From Candidatus Latescibacterota bacterium (GTDB lineage: Bacteria > Latescibacterota > UBA2968 > UBA8231), in the NCBI GenBank assembly GCA_965206595.1, contig OZ242214.1, positions 4,288,001 through 4,352,000 of the forward strand: a stretch of 64,000 bases of DNA. The letters run 5' to 3'. The notes beneath the pieces are model-generated. The model was not told the DNA's origin, did not search any database, and saw nothing but the letters and a program-made list of their open reading frames with translations. Positions 48,838 to 59,835 of the stretch are shown in pieces; the stretch's first letter is position 1, and each line of letters opens with the position of its first letter. Made by a program: the position numbers and the translations under genes.

Positions 48838-51642
48838 ATGGCAGCACCCGCCAAACTCTCCCCCGCGATGCAGCAGTTCATGCGTTTCAAACGCAAGCAC
48901 GCGGATGCCATCCTGTTTTTCCGCATGGGGGATTTCTACGAGATGTTCTACGACGACGCCAGGGAGGCGGCGGCGCTGCTGGGCCTGACGCTGACGACGC
49001 GAAACCACGGTCACGGCAGCGGCGAAGTTCCGCTGGCGGGGGTCCCTCACCATGCGGCCGACCGCTACGTCGCCAAACTCGTGCAGATGGGGAAAAAGGT
49101 GGCCATCTGCGAGCAGGTCGAAGATCCCAGGGAGGCCAGGGGCATCGTCAAACGGGACGTCGTACAGGTGGTGTCGCCCGGCACTGCTCTTCTGGACTCG
49201 ATGCTCGACGAGCACAACAACAACTACACGATAGCCCTGGTTCCCGCCGGCGACGCCGCTGGCAAAGACACAATGGTCGGTTTTGCCGCGGTAGATCTGT
49301 CGACCGGCGACTTTTGGCTCGACGAGCTGCGGGCAGCCGAAGTGGGAGACGAACTGCAGCGGGTAGGGCCGGCGGAGCTCGTTCTGGCCCAGTCGCTGGG
49401 AGAGGATTGGATGCACGTCGTCGAAAGCAGCGCACCCGGAGTGCCGATAAGCCGCCTCGAGGACTGGCAGTTCGAACACCGGCACGCCTGCGAGTCCCTG
49501 ACCGAGCAGCTCGGAGTGCGCTCGCTGCGCAGCTTCGACTGCGACGACATCGATCTGGGGGTCAGGGCGGCCGGCGGGGTGCTGGAGTATTTGCGGGAAA
49601 ACCAGCGCGGGGCCGTCGCCCACATCAACCGCATTCGCCGCCGCCGCCGCGCCGAATACCTGTTTCTCGACGCCGCGGCGCAGCGGCATCTCGAGCTGTT
49701 CGCCACCAGCCAGGAGAACAGCCGCGCCGGCTCCCTCATCGAGGTCCTCGACTGCACGCGCACCGCCATGGGTGCCCGCCTTCTTCGCCAATGGCTCGCC
49801 GCACCGCTGCTGGACATCGCGGCGATCGAGGACCGGCTCGAGGCGGTGGGGGTATTGCTCCAGTCCGCGAGGATCCGTTCCGGCCTTCGCCTGCAACTGG
49901 GCGACATCGGAGATCTCGAGCGCCTGATCGCCCGCATCTGCTGCGGCCGGGCGAATGCCCGAGACCTCGCCGGCCTCGCCGCTTCGCTCGCCCGGGTACC
50001 GGAGATCGCCAGGCTGGTGCGGGAGCTGCCGGGGCCGGACGGCGATAAACCCACCGCGCTGGAAGGAGCCCTTTCCCTTCTACCGGACACGACCGTGCTG
50101 GTCGATCTGGTCCGCACCGCCCTCGTCGACGATCCACCTGCGTCGATAGCGGATGGCGGCCTGTTCAGGGACGGCTACGACGAGAAGCTCGACCAGCTCC
50201 GGGAGATCCAGTCCGGGGGAAGAAGCTGGATCGCCCGCCTTCAGGCCGGCGAGCGTGAACGCACCGGGATCTCCTCGCTGAAGGTCGGTTTCAACCAGGT
50301 TTTCGGCTATTACATCGAGGTCAGCAAGGCGAACCTCGAGCGCGTTCCCGAGGACTACGAGCGCAAGCAGACCCTGGCCAATGCCGAGCGCTACGTGATT
50401 CCCGGTCTGAAGGAGCGGGAAGCGCAGATTCTCACCGCCACGGAGCGCATCGCCGAGCGCGAAAGCCGGCTGTTCGCCGAACTCCGAGAGCGCGTCTCCA
50501 CGTGGGCGCCCGAGGTTCAGGAATGTGCCAGGGCGGTCAGCGCCATCGACGTGCTGGCCGCCCTGGCTGAAACAGCCGAGGAAGGGGGGTACGCGCGGCC
50601 CGTCATCGACGACGGCGGCGGCGTCGAGATTTCCGGGGGGCGGCACCCAGTCGTCGAGCGCCAGCTCCGGGAGGGGCGCTACGTCCCCAACGACCTGCGG
50701 GTCGGCAGCGACGACCAGATTCTCCTGATCACAGGCCCGAACATGGCGGGGAAAAGCACTGCAATTCGCCAACTCGGGATTATCGTCATCCTGGCTCAGA
50801 TGGGCAGCTTCGTGCCGGCGCGGCAGGCGCGTATCGGAGTGGTCGACCGCATTTTCACCCGGGTCGGGGCCTCGGACAACCTGGCGCGCGGTGAAAGCAC
50901 TTTCATGGTGGAGATGATCGAGGCGGCGACGATTCTCAACAACGTCGCCGACCGCAGCCTGATCCTGATGGACGAGCTGGGTCGCGGCACGAGCACCTTC
51001 GACGGTCTGAGCCTCGCATGGGCGATCGTCGAGCACCTCCACGAAAGAGACGGGATCAGGCCCCGCATGTTGTTCGCGACACATTACCACGAGCTCACCG
51101 AGCTGGAACGGAAGCTCGAGCGCGTGGTCAACTACAACGTCGCGGTCCGCGAGGAAGAGGGCCGGGTGGTTTTCCTGCACAGGCTGGTACCCGGCCCCGC
51201 GGACCGCAGCTACGGCATTCACGTCGCCGAGATGGCGGGGATGCCGGGATCGGTAATCGAGCGCGCCCGGGAGATCCTGGCGCGCCTGGAAAGCGAACAG
51301 ATCGACGCTGAACAGATCCGCCTGGGTCACGACGCTGCCGCGGACGAGCCGCCTTCCACCTCGCCGCCGGATATCGGAGGCGACCCCGATTGCAGCGTGG
51401 AGCACGGTGAACGCCGCGGTCAGATGGATCTGTTCGACCAGCCAGAGGAGCTGCGGACCGCGTTGCGATTGCTGCGTGAGCTGGACGAGCTGCCCTTGGA
51501 CGACACCACCCCGATGCAGGCCCTGCAACTGCTGCACCGCTGGCGGTCCGAGTGCGACGACAGGGATCCCGAAGGCGGGGAGGCGGAGCGCGAAAAGGAG
51601 ACAGATGCCGCAGCTGCGGGAAGACCCAACGGCCGCGGCTGA
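48838..51642 (+). CDS. mutS: DNA mismatch repair protein MutS
   Basis: FFRMGDFYEMF, TGPNMAGKST, STFMVEM, DELGRGTST, ATHYHEL. Confidence 0.97.
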   Translation: MAAPAKLSPAMQQFMRFKRKHADAILFFRMGDFYEMFYDDAREAAALLGLTLTTRNHGHGSGEVPLAGVPHHAADRYVAKLVQMGKKVAICEQVEDPREARGIVKRDVVQVVSPGTALLDSMLDEHNNNYTIALVPAGDAAGKDTMVGFAAVDLSTGDFWLDELRAAEVGDELQRVGPAELVLAQSLGEDWMHVVESSAPGVPISRLEDWQFEHRHACESLTEQLGVRSLRSFDCDDIDLGVRAAGGVLEYLRENQRGAVAHINRIRRRRRAEYLFLDAAAQRHLELFATSQENSRAGSLIEVLDCTRTAMGARLLRQWLAAPLLDIAAIEDRLEAVGVLLQSARIRSGLRLQLGDIGDLERLIARICCGRANARDLAGLAASLARVPEIARLVRELPGPDGDKPTALEGALSLLPDTTVLVDLVRTALVDDPPASIADGGLFRDGYDEKLDQLREIQSGGRSWIARLQAGERERTGISSLKVGFNQVFGYYIEVSKANLERVPEDYERKQTLANAERYVIPGLKEREAQILTATERIAERESRLFAELRERVSTWAPEVQECARAVSAIDVLAALAETAEEGGYARPVIDDGGGVEISGGRHPVVERQLREGRYVPNDLRVGSDDQILLITGPNMAGKSTAIRQLGIIVILAQMGSFVPARQARIGVVDRIFTRVGASDNLARGESTFMVEMIEAATILNNVADRSLILMDELGRGTSTFDGLSLAWAIVEHLHERDGIRPRMLFATHYHELTELERKLERVVNYNVAVREEEGRVVFLHRLVPGPADRSYGIHVAEMAGMPGSVIERAREILARLESEQIDAEQIRLGHDAAADEPPSTSPPDIGGDPDCSVEHGERRGQMDLFDQPEELRTALRLLRELDELPLDDTTPMQALQLLHRWRSECDDRDPEGGEAEREKETDAAAAGRPNGRG

Positions 51643-51785
51643 ACCGGACATCGCGAAAAGGTGGCGATCCTCCTGATTCCCGCGAGCCCGGGTCCGGCGC
51701 CCTCCAGCCGGGGCATCCGCTCCCCGGGGAGCGGCCGGCACCCCGCCCTCCATCCCCTTCACGCAACCCCGTCGACAGCCTGCCC

Positions 51786-52553
51786 GTGAACTCCGCCGGA
51801 CCCGGTGACCGACCGGTAGAGGACGACCTCCTGTTCGGGCGGAACGCCGTGCGCGCCGCCCTCGAGAGCGAGCGCCCGCTTCGGCGCGTCGTCGTCAGCC
51901 AGTCTTCCGGCGGGACCGTCGAAGAGATCGTCGCCCTCGCCCGGAGCGCCGGCATCCCCGTCCAGTTTCGCCCCCGCACCGAGCTCGACCGCCTCGCCGG
52001 TCGCCGCCACCAGGGAGTCGTAGCGCTGGTCGCGGCTCGCCCCTTCGCCGACTACGAGGAACTCCTTGCCGGTCTGGACCGGACCGCATTCCTGGTCTTT
52101 CTCGACCGCGTGCAGGACCCGCACAATCTCGGAGCCATCCTCCGTAGCGCCTGTGTCACCGGCGCCGACGGGGTCGTCATTCCGCAGCGCCAGTCCGCCG
52201 GTCTGACCGGGGCGGTCGCCAAGGTCTCGGCGGGTGCCCTCGACCATATTCCCGTATGCGGCGTTCGCAACCTCAAGGACGCCATCCTGCAGGCGAAGGC
52301 GGCAGGGCTGTGGATCACCGGACTGTCGCCGCAGGCGCCGGGGAGCTTCACCGAAGTCGATTACCTCGGGCCGACCGCGATTGTCGTGGGTGGGGAGGAT
52401 CGCGGTATCAGGCGCACGGTTGCCGAGGCCTGCGATTTCGCGGTCAGCATCCCGATGGGCCGGGGAGTCACCGGGTCTCTCAACGCTTCGGTCGCCGCGG
52501 GAATCGCCCTGTTCGAGGTGTACCGCCAGCGCTCCGGCGACAAGCGGCGATGA
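51786..52553 (+). CDS. rlmB: 23S rRNA Gm2251 methyltransferase, SpoU/TrmH family (start uncertain)
   Basis: GRNAV, HQGVVA, DRVQDPHNLGAILRS, GGEDRG, SLNASVAAG. Confidence 0.9.
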   Translation: MNSAGPGDRPVEDDLLFGRNAVRAALESERPLRRVVVSQSSGGTVEEIVALARSAGIPVQFRPRTELDRLAGRRHQGVVALVAARPFADYEELLAGLDRTAFLVFLDRVQDPHNLGAILRSACVTGADGVVIPQRQSAGLTGAVAKVSAGALDHIPVCGVRNLKDAILQAKAAGLWITGLSPQAPGSFTEVDYLGPTAIVVGGEDRGIRRTVAEACDFAVSIPMGRGVTGSLNASVAAGIALFEVYRQRSGDKRR

Positions 52554-55015
52554 AGGCTGTCTGGAGGCGGCATCTCGCCGGGCTGCTGCTGCTGCCGGCC
52601 GCCGCGGCAGCTTCCGGCAGCAGCGGTCCGGCGCCGGGAAGCGAACCCAACCCCGCGGACTCGAGCTCCCCGGAAAAGGTGCTCCAGCGTCCGGAGGAGA
52701 TCGTGACCATTCCGGAAGGGGAGGACAGCTTCAGTTACACAGCCGACACCTACGTCCATTCCCTTCGGGGCGACTCGCTTTTACTGCGCGGCAACGCCGT
52801 CGTAAATCACCGCGGCGCCCGCCTGCAGGCCGGCGAGATCGTCTATCACAGAGGCCGCGAACTCGTCGTCGCCCGCTCTCCTGCGGACAGCCGCGGCCAT
52901 TCGACCGGTATGCCGACCCTCACCCAGGGGGACGACGTGATTCGCGGCGGCCGGATTCTGTATGACATGAGGACGGGGGAGGGAACGATTTTCGACGGCC
53001 GCATCCGCTTCAAGGAGGGCTTCTACAACGGCAGCCGCATCGACACCCGCGGCGAAGAGGAGCTTCACGTGCACTCCGGATCGTACACGACCTGCGATCT
53101 TGCCGAGCCCCACTTCGATTTCTACAGCCCCCGGATCAAGGTCCTGGCCGGCGACATGGCGATCGCCCGCCCGGTCTATTTGCGCATAGACGGCAACCGC
53201 GTGGCGGTGGTGCCGTTCTACGTATTCTCCCTGAGGGAGAACCGCCAGTCAGGGCTTCTGACTCCGAGCTTCGGACAACGGCCGGTGCGCTTCGGGAGCA
53301 GCCAGTCGGAGTGGGAAGTGCGCAACCTGGGCTACTACTTCGCCCCCAGCGACTACTGGGACCTGCGCCTGTCCGCGGACCTGCGCCAGCGCTCCGGCTG
53401 GCTGGGCCGCGTCGCCCTGGCGTACGCCCGCCGCTACTACTTCGACGGCATGGCCGACACCCGCATCGAGAACAGGCAGTCCGACTCGGGCACGCGCTGG
53501 GAGTGGTGGACGAATCTGCGCCACAACCAGCAGCTCGGTGAGTCGGCCAGCCTGCGTGGTGCGGGGACCTTCCAGAGCAGCAGCGACGTCGTGCGCGACA
53601 ACAGCACGCGGCTCGGCGAGCGCCTGACCCGCACGCTGCGCTCGAACCTGCTGTTCAACAAACGCTGGCGCGAATCCGGGTACAGTCTCAGCGTCAACGC
53701 GAACCGCACCGAAAACCTCGACACCGGGCGCTTCGACGCGGCGCTGCCCGAGGTCAGCCTTCGCCGCAATCGCCGGTCCCTGTTCGGGGGTCACAAGAAG
53801 GGGAAACGGCAGTCCGCCTGGTATCACCGCATCTACTACGACGGCAGCGCCCGCCTGCGCAACACGCGGCGGGGCACCGCCGCCGACACGACGAGCCGCA
53901 CCAGCAGCGATGTCGCCCTCGGCCTTTCCACGCAGCAGCGTCCCGCGGACTGGCTCAGCCTGAATTCGGGCCTGTCGCAGCGCTGGCGCGACGCCGACCT
54001 GCGCAGCTCCGAGCCCCGTTACGAGAATCTCGGCAGCACCCGGGTCAGCGCCGCGGCCACCCTGTCGCAAACCATCTACGGCATGTTCACCCCCCAGTTC
54101 TGGCGGGTGACGGCCCTGCGGCACGTCGTCAAGCCGGACCTAGGCGTCAACTACCGGGCGACCCGTACCGACACCGGGGGAACGCTGGGAATGGGCGGGC
54201 GCCCCTCCCTGTGGCGGCAGAGCCGCCGACTGACCATGCGGCTGAGCAACAGTTTCTGGCTCAAGCTGCTGCGCGAGGAAGAGGAATCGAAGCTCCGGGT
54301 CGCCCAGGTAAACCTCTCGACGTCGTACGATTTCGACAAAGAGAGCCGTCCCTTGTCCGACCTCGTATCGAGCGTAACCGCCGATGCCGGGCCGTTCAAC
54401 GCGCGCCTGAGGCTGCGTTCCGAGTTCTATGACGACGACGGCGACTTCCGCGGGGCGCCGGCGCTACGCCAGATCGAGATCAATTCAGGGTTTCGCCTGC
54501 AGGGGCGGCGCGGGCGGAAAGAGGCGGACCCGGGGCTATCCACAGCGGGGCGACCGCCCGGAAGTCAGGATTATCAGGGCATATACGGCGGCGAATACAA
54601 CCCCGGAGGAACCGGGTCGAGCAGCAGCGGCTACGGCTACGAAAGCGGACTGCACCGCGACCTCGACCGGCGCGGTACGCAACTGCTGCAGATCGGACAC
54701 TACTACTCGCGCCGCAAGAGCTTCGGCCGCACCCTGGAGCGCTCCTGGCTGCGCGGCTCGTTCACCCGGTCGTGGCGGCGGACCTGGCACGTACATTATT
54801 CGGTCAGCTACAATCTCGAATCGCCGTTGCCGCTGATGGACGGGGAGCGGGTGACCGCCGAGCTGCTGTCGCTGCAGCGGGAGTTCCACGACTGGACGGC
54901 AACCTTCAACATCGAACCGACTCGTTTTGCCCGGACTCGCGCCTTCTATTTCAAGGTCCAGCTCAAGGACATCCCGCAGATCCGCTTCGAGCGCGGCGAC
55001 CGGCGCAGGCGCTAG
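52550..55015 (+). CDS. LPS-assembly protein LptD-like outer membrane protein
   Basis: Signal peptide, YTTCDLAEPHF, RQSGLLTP, GYYFAPSDYWD, beta-barrel-like C-terminal region. Confidence 0.8.
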   Translation: MKAVWRRHLAGLLLLPAAAAASGSSGPAPGSEPNPADSSSPEKVLQRPEEIVTIPEGEDSFSYTADTYVHSLRGDSLLLRGNAVVNHRGARLQAGEIVYHRGRELVVARSPADSRGHSTGMPTLTQGDDVIRGGRILYDMRTGEGTIFDGRIRFKEGFYNGSRIDTRGEEELHVHSGSYTTCDLAEPHFDFYSPRIKVLAGDMAIARPVYLRIDGNRVAVVPFYVFSLRENRQSGLLTPSFGQRPVRFGSSQSEWEVRNLGYYFAPSDYWDLRLSADLRQRSGWLGRVALAYARRYYFDGMADTRIENRQSDSGTRWEWWTNLRHNQQLGESASLRGAGTFQSSSDVVRDNSTRLGERLTRTLRSNLLFNKRWRESGYSLSVNANRTENLDTGRFDAALPEVSLRRNRRSLFGGHKKGKRQSAWYHRIYYDGSARLRNTRRGTAADTTSRTSSDVALGLSTQQRPADWLSLNSGLSQRWRDADLRSSEPRYENLGSTRVSAAATLSQTIYGMFTPQFWRVTALRHVVKPDLGVNYRATRTDTGGTLGMGGRPSLWRQSRRLTMRLSNSFWLKLLREEEESKLRVAQVNLSTSYDFDKESRPLSDLVSSVTADAGPFNARLRLRSEFYDDDGDFRGAPALRQIEINSGFRLQGRRGRKEADPGLSTAGRPPGSQDYQGIYGGEYNPGGTGSSSSGYGYESGLHRDLDRRGTQLLQIGHYYSRRKSFGRTLERSWLRGSFTRSWRRTWHVHYSVSYNLESPLPLMDGERVTAELLSLQREFHDWTATFNIEPTRFARTRAFYFKVQLKDIPQIRFERGDRRRR

Positions 55016-55115
55016 CCGGCGTGCCGCGGCAGGTCCCGGCCTGGCTGGCTCCATTCCCGTCGCCTCCGGAACCTCGCACTCCTTTCACAACCCCTTCACC
55101 AAGCACTCGCAGCCG

Positions 55116-55556
55116 GTGAGAATCCTCGTTCAGCGGGTCAGCAGGGCCCGGGTCTCCGTAGCCGGGGAAACCACCGGGGCCATCGACCGCGGCCTCGTGC
55201 TGCTCGTCGGAGTCCACACGGGAGACGACGGCGACGCTGCCCGGTTCTGCGCCGAAAAGTGCGCCAACCTTCGCGTATTCCCCGACGAGCAGGGACGGAT
55301 GAACCGCTCCCTCCTGGAGACGGGAGGTGCGGTGCTGGCGATCTCCCAGTTCACCCTCTACGGCGACTGCCGGCGCGGGCGGCGCCCCAGCTTTGTCGAG
55401 GCGGCGCCGCCCGAGCTCGCCGAACCGCTCTACGAGCGCTTCGTCGAGCTACTCGAGGGTCTCGGGGTTCCAGTCGCCGGCGGCGTGTTCGGGGCCCACA
55501 TGGCGGTCGAAATCCACAACGACGGTCCGGTCACCGTCATCGTCGAGAGCCCCTGA
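55116..55556 (+). CDS. dtd: D-aminoacyl-tRNA deacylase
   Basis: VQRVSRARV, SQFTL, FGAHM, NDGPVT. Confidence 0.95.
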   Translation: MRILVQRVSRARVSVAGETTGAIDRGLVLLVGVHTGDDGDAARFCAEKCANLRVFPDEQGRMNRSLLETGGAVLAISQFTLYGDCRRGRRPSFVEAAPPELAEPLYERFVELLEGLGVPVAGGVFGAHMAVEIHNDGPVTVIVESP

Positions 55557-55560
55557 CCGG

Positions 55561-56166
55561 ATGGATCCCAAACCTTCCCTCGTGCTCGCGTCAGCTTCGT
55601 CGCGCCGCGTCGCCCTGCTGCATCAGCTCGGCCTCAGGTTCGAGCAGCACCCCAGTCCCGAAGCGGAGCCAGCACCCTGCGGATCCTCCCCGCGCGACCA
55701 CGCTTTGGCCGCGGCCGCGGCCAAAGCCGCGGCCGTCCAGGGGCTTCTGCGAGCTTCGGGCAGGGGCTCGTCCGCGATCGTCCTCGGCGCGGATACCGTG
55801 GTCAGTCTGGACGGCAGTTTTCTCGGCAAACCAGGGGACCCAGAGGAGGCGGCGGTCATGCTCGGGCGCCTTTCGGGCAGGCGCCACGAGGTCTTCACCG
55901 GAATCGCCCTGAAATGCCCGGAAGACCTGGAGGTCCGCGATTGTGTCCGCACCGAGGTGCTCATGAGGACCTTGTCCGCGCAAGAGATCGAGGAGTACGT
56001 GGCGAGCGGAGAGCCGATGGACAAGGCGGGTTCGTACGCAATCCAGGGAAGGGGCGCCCGCTTCGTTGAAAGTATAAATGGCTGTTATTATAATGTTGTG
56101 GGTCTTCCGATAGCTCGCCTGAGCACAATGCTCGAAGAGCTGGGATTCGATTTGTCCAGCTGTTGA
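55561..56166 (+). CDS. maf: Maf-family nucleoside triphosphate pyrophosphatase
   Basis: LVLASASSRR, GADTVV, DKAGSYAIQG, NVVGLP. Confidence 0.93.
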   Translation: MDPKPSLVLASASSRRVALLHQLGLRFEQHPSPEAEPAPCGSSPRDHALAAAAAKAAAVQGLLRASGRGSSAIVLGADTVVSLDGSFLGKPGDPEEAAVMLGRLSGRRHEVFTGIALKCPEDLEVRDCVRTEVLMRTLSAQEIEEYVASGEPMDKAGSYAIQGRGARFVESINGCYYNVVGLPIARLSTMLEELGFDLSSC

Positions 56167-56316
56167 CGTCGCCGTCCGCAGATGCAGTCGGGCATGCCGC
56201 GGGCACGGAGGCCGCCGGGACGGGCCGTGCGGTGCGGTTTCGCCGCCTCGATCCCCTCCGACTTCCAACGCCCGTTCCGATCACCCCCCCATCGTTCTCA
56301 GTGAGGAATTTTCGGC

Positions 56317-57375
56317 ATGAGTGAGGAGATCCCCCTCGGTCCCCTGCTCAGGGCGGCGCGCGAGCGGCGCGGAGAGACCCTGGAGCAGGCTCATCAGCGG
56401 ACCGGGATCAGCCCAAATCTCCTGCGCGAGCTGGAAAGCGGCGAATTCCGGATCGAGCCGGTGTACGCGCGGCTGGCCGCGGCCAACTACGCAGCTTACC
56501 TCGGCCTCGACCCCGTAGAGATCACTACCCTCTTCGACCGCCAGTTCGGCCGCCCCGACATCCCCACACCCTCCTCTTCCTATGGCCGCAGGTTGGGGCC
56601 GCCTCCTGCCATCATCGGCACAGTCTCTGCCTCCTGGGTGATCGCGGCCGCGGTGGCGATCGCCGCGGTGATTCTGCTCGCAATCTTCTTTTCAGGAGAA
56701 CCGGAAGAGCCTGCCACCCCGTCTGCGGGCGCCGTGGAGATCCCCCCGGCCCTGCCCCTGACAAGTGACGGGAACCGGGCGGAGGGGGAACCGGATCCCG
56801 GGTCCGGCACTGTGCCCATGGCTGCTTTCGAAGCGCCGTCGAGCCCCTTTGCAGACACCTCGATCACCACCTCAGGTAGCGCGGATCCCGGGCGCTGGGA
56901 AGCAGTTGCGGCCGATCTTGTCGTAGAGGAGCCGGCCGGGACTGCCGCAGCTCCCGAAGCAGCGATCACCGCAACCGATTTGCAGGAGGAGCCGGGAACG
57001 GCCGCGGAGGGCGGGGAGGGCAGGCATGACCTCGCGGCGCCCCTGGTTCTGAGAGCCGAGGCGGTCGATTCCACCTGGGTGCGGATCCAGTGGGACGGCG
57101 GGGCCGGCTACACGGAGGAGATCATCCCCAGCGGAGAATCGCGGCAGTGGGAGGCGGACAACCACTTCACGGTCTTTTCCGGACGCCCTCACGGGGTGCG
57201 GTTCTACTTCCAGGGGCAACTGTTGGGCGGCGGCAGACTCGGCGACCCCGCCCGGGTGCTACGGTTCCGGGTCTCCGCCGAAGAAGTGGTCCTGCTTAGA
57301 GCGGATCTGACGCTTCTTTCCGCAGTCCCCTTGCAGGACTCGATAGCGAATCCGGACGGACCCCGAACTCCATGA
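56317..57375 (+). CDS. RodZ-like protein (HTH, transmembrane helix, DUF4115-like C-terminus)
   Basis: LGPLLRAARERRG...YAAYLGLD HTH, one transmembrane helix, STWVRI C-terminal domain. Confidence 0.75.
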   Translation: MSEEIPLGPLLRAARERRGETLEQAHQRTGISPNLLRELESGEFRIEPVYARLAAANYAAYLGLDPVEITTLFDRQFGRPDIPTPSSSYGRRLGPPPAIIGTVSASWVIAAAVAIAAVILLAIFFSGEPEEPATPSAGAVEIPPALPLTSDGNRAEGEPDPGSGTVPMAAFEAPSSPFADTSITTSGSADPGRWEAVAADLVVEEPAGTAAAPEAAITATDLQEEPGTAAEGGEGRHDLAAPLVLRAEAVDSTWVRIQWDGGAGYTEEIIPSGESRQWEADNHFTVFSGRPHGVRFYFQGQLLGGGRLGDPARVLRFRVSAEEVVLLRADLTLLSAVPLQDSIANPDGPRTP

Positions 57376-59825
57376 GCCGGCGCTACGTGGAAGTAGCGCT
57401 TCCTCCTCCCCTGCCACGGGAACTCACCTACGCCGTGCCCGGGGAATTGGTCGGCGACGTCCGTCCCGGCACTGTCGTCCTCGTCCCCGTGCAGAATCGC
57501 CTCGTCACCGGGTTCGTAATCGGCGATACAGAGCCGGCTGCGTCTCTGAGCCCGGGAAAGATCCGCGACCTTGTGCAGATCCTCGATGCCGACTCCCCGC
57601 TGACGCCGGAGGTCGTCGACCTGTGCCGGTGGATGGCCTCCTACTACGGAGCTCCGATCGGCAGCGCCCTTGCCGCGGCGTTGCCTCCCGGCGTCAAGCT
57701 GACCACGCAACGGCGAGTTCAGCTGGCCAACGGCGCCCACCCGCCGGTTGGAGACGGGCTCGGCGCCCGCATCGTCGAGGAGCTGAGCGCCGGCGCCCTC
57801 AAGGTGACGACCCTGCGGAGGCGCCTTGGGCGCAACGGACTCGAACAGGCGCTGCGGCGCATGCAACGGGCCGGCCGGATAGACATTCTCCCCGTGCTCG
57901 AAGACGCCGAGGTATCGGTCAGGCGGGAGCAGCGGGTGCGGGTTACCGATGGGAAGTTCGCCGCGGCGACCCTGCCGGAGCTGGACCGCCGGGCCCCGAA
58001 GCAGGCCAGCTGCCTGCGCCACGTCCTCGAGCGCGGGTCCGAGCCCAAGAAGGCGCTGGTCGCCAGCGGCTTCGGATACGCAATACTGCGCGGGCTCGGT
58101 TCGCGGGGCCTGATAGAGACCGTCGAGGAGGAGATCTTCCGCGACCCCCTTGCCCACCTCGACGGCCTTGCGGACGAGCCGCTCGAACCGAACCCCGATC
58201 AACAGGGGGTCCTCGAGCCGGTTCTCGAGGCCCTCGGGAAACGCATCTACTTCCCCGCCCTGCTCCAGGGTGTCACCGGCAGCGGCAAGACCCTGGTCTA
58301 CCTGCGCGCCGCCGAGCAGGCGTTGCGGCTGGGACGCGGCGCCATAATCCTGGTCCCGGAGATCGCCCTCGCCTGGCAGATGGTGCGGCGCTTCAAGGGG
58401 CGTTTCGGAGACCGCGTCGCCGTGCTCCACAGTCAGCTGTCGAAAGGAGAGCGCTACGATACCTGGCGGCGCCTGCGGCGCGGAGAGCAGCGCCTCGTCA
58501 TCGGCCCCCGCTCGGCGATCCTGGCGCCGGTGGCCGACCTCGGGCTCGTCGTCGTCGACGAAGAACACGACGGCTCCTACAACCAGGACGATCTCGAAAA
58601 CCGCCACGCCCTGTCCTACAGCGCCCGCGACGTCGCCCTGGTGCGCGCGCGCATGGCAGGCGCCGCGGTGCTGCTCGGGTCGGCGACCCCGAGTCTGGAG
58701 TCGTACTGGAACGCGCTCTCGGGCAAGTACCGGACCCTTTCGCTGCCGCGGCGCGTCGACGGCCGCCCGCTTCCCGAAATCACCGTCGTCGACATGCGCC
58801 GCGAGCCATTCCAGCGCCGCAAGACGGCGCTGTTCTCCAAGGTCCTGCGCCAGAAGATCCACGACCGCCTGGAGCGCGGCGAGCGCATCATCCTGTTGCA
58901 GAACCGCCGCGGTTTCGCCCCGGTCATGCAGTGCCGCGACTGCGGGGAAACGGTGCAGTGCACCCACTGCCGCGTCTGTCTGACCCTGCACCGGAGCCGC
59001 TCCGAGGAGCTGCGCTGTCACTACTGCGACTACCGCTGCCCGGTGCCGGCAACCTGTCCCGGGTGCGGCAGCGAGGAAGTCCGTGAGACCGGCATCGGAA
59101 CGCAGCAGGTCGAGAGCGCGCTCCTGGAACAGTTTCCAGGTATCCGCGTCATTCGTATGGACGTCGACACGACCGGGTGGAAGGGGGCCCACGACCGTCT
59201 CGTCGAACGCTTCCGCGCCGGCGAGGCGGACGTGCTGCTCGGAACCCAGATGGTCGCCAAGGGGCTGGACTTTCCCGAGGTGACCCTGGTCGGCGTCATT
59301 TCCGCCGACACCGGGTTGCACCTGCCGGACTTCCGCGCCGCGGAACGGAGCTTCCAGCTTATGACGCAGGTGGCGGGCCGTTCCGGCAGGGGGGACCGCC
59401 TCGGTGAGGCGGTGGTGCAGACGCGGCTGCCGGAGGAGCGCTCCCTGATCGCCGCGGCGCGGCAGGACTTTACAGGCTTTGCCGAAGAGGAGCTCGCGCA
59501 ACGGCGCGAAGCCGGCTTTCCACCGTTCGGCCGCCTGCTGCTGCTGCGCTGGCGCGGCCCCGTACAGGACCAGGTGGAGGCCGCCGCCCGTCGCGGTGTC
59601 GGGATACTGTCCCGCTCCCTGCCCGCCGGGGGGGCGGTTCTCGGGCCGGCCCCCGCTCCGCTTGCCTTGCTGCGCGGAAACCACCGCTGGCAGGCGCTGC
59701 TGCAAGGCCCTTCCGCCCGCATGCTCAGAGACTGGGTTGGTTCGGAAATCGACCCGATTCGGAAGTCGGCAGACACTCAAGACGTTGCCCTGAGCCTTGT
59801 CGTCGACCCACAGAACACGATGTAG
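57372..59825 (+). CDS. priA: Primosomal protein N'
   Basis: GVTGSGKT, LVPEIAL, DEEHD, GSATPSLES, four CxxC pairs, GTQMVAKGLDFP. Confidence 0.96.
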   Translation: MSRRYVEVALPPPLPRELTYAVPGELVGDVRPGTVVLVPVQNRLVTGFVIGDTEPAASLSPGKIRDLVQILDADSPLTPEVVDLCRWMASYYGAPIGSALAAALPPGVKLTTQRRVQLANGAHPPVGDGLGARIVEELSAGALKVTTLRRRLGRNGLEQALRRMQRAGRIDILPVLEDAEVSVRREQRVRVTDGKFAAATLPELDRRAPKQASCLRHVLERGSEPKKALVASGFGYAILRGLGSRGLIETVEEEIFRDPLAHLDGLADEPLEPNPDQQGVLEPVLEALGKRIYFPALLQGVTGSGKTLVYLRAAEQALRLGRGAIILVPEIALAWQMVRRFKGRFGDRVAVLHSQLSKGERYDTWRRLRRGEQRLVIGPRSAILAPVADLGLVVVDEEHDGSYNQDDLENRHALSYSARDVALVRARMAGAAVLLGSATPSLESYWNALSGKYRTLSLPRRVDGRPLPEITVVDMRREPFQRRKTALFSKVLRQKIHDRLERGERIILLQNRRGFAPVMQCRDCGETVQCTHCRVCLTLHRSRSEELRCHYCDYRCPVPATCPGCGSEEVRETGIGTQQVESALLEQFPGIRVIRMDVDTTGWKGAHDRLVERFRAGEADVLLGTQMVAKGLDFPEVTLVGVISADTGLHLPDFRAAERSFQLMTQVAGRSGRGDRLGEAVVQTRLPEERSLIAAARQDFTGFAEEELAQRREAGFPPFGRLLLLRWRGPVQDQVEAAARRGVGILSRSLPAGGAVLGPAPAPLALLRGNHRWQALLQGPSARMLRDWVGSEIDPIRKSADTQDVALSLVVDPQNTM

Positions 59826-59835
59826 ACGAAAGCTG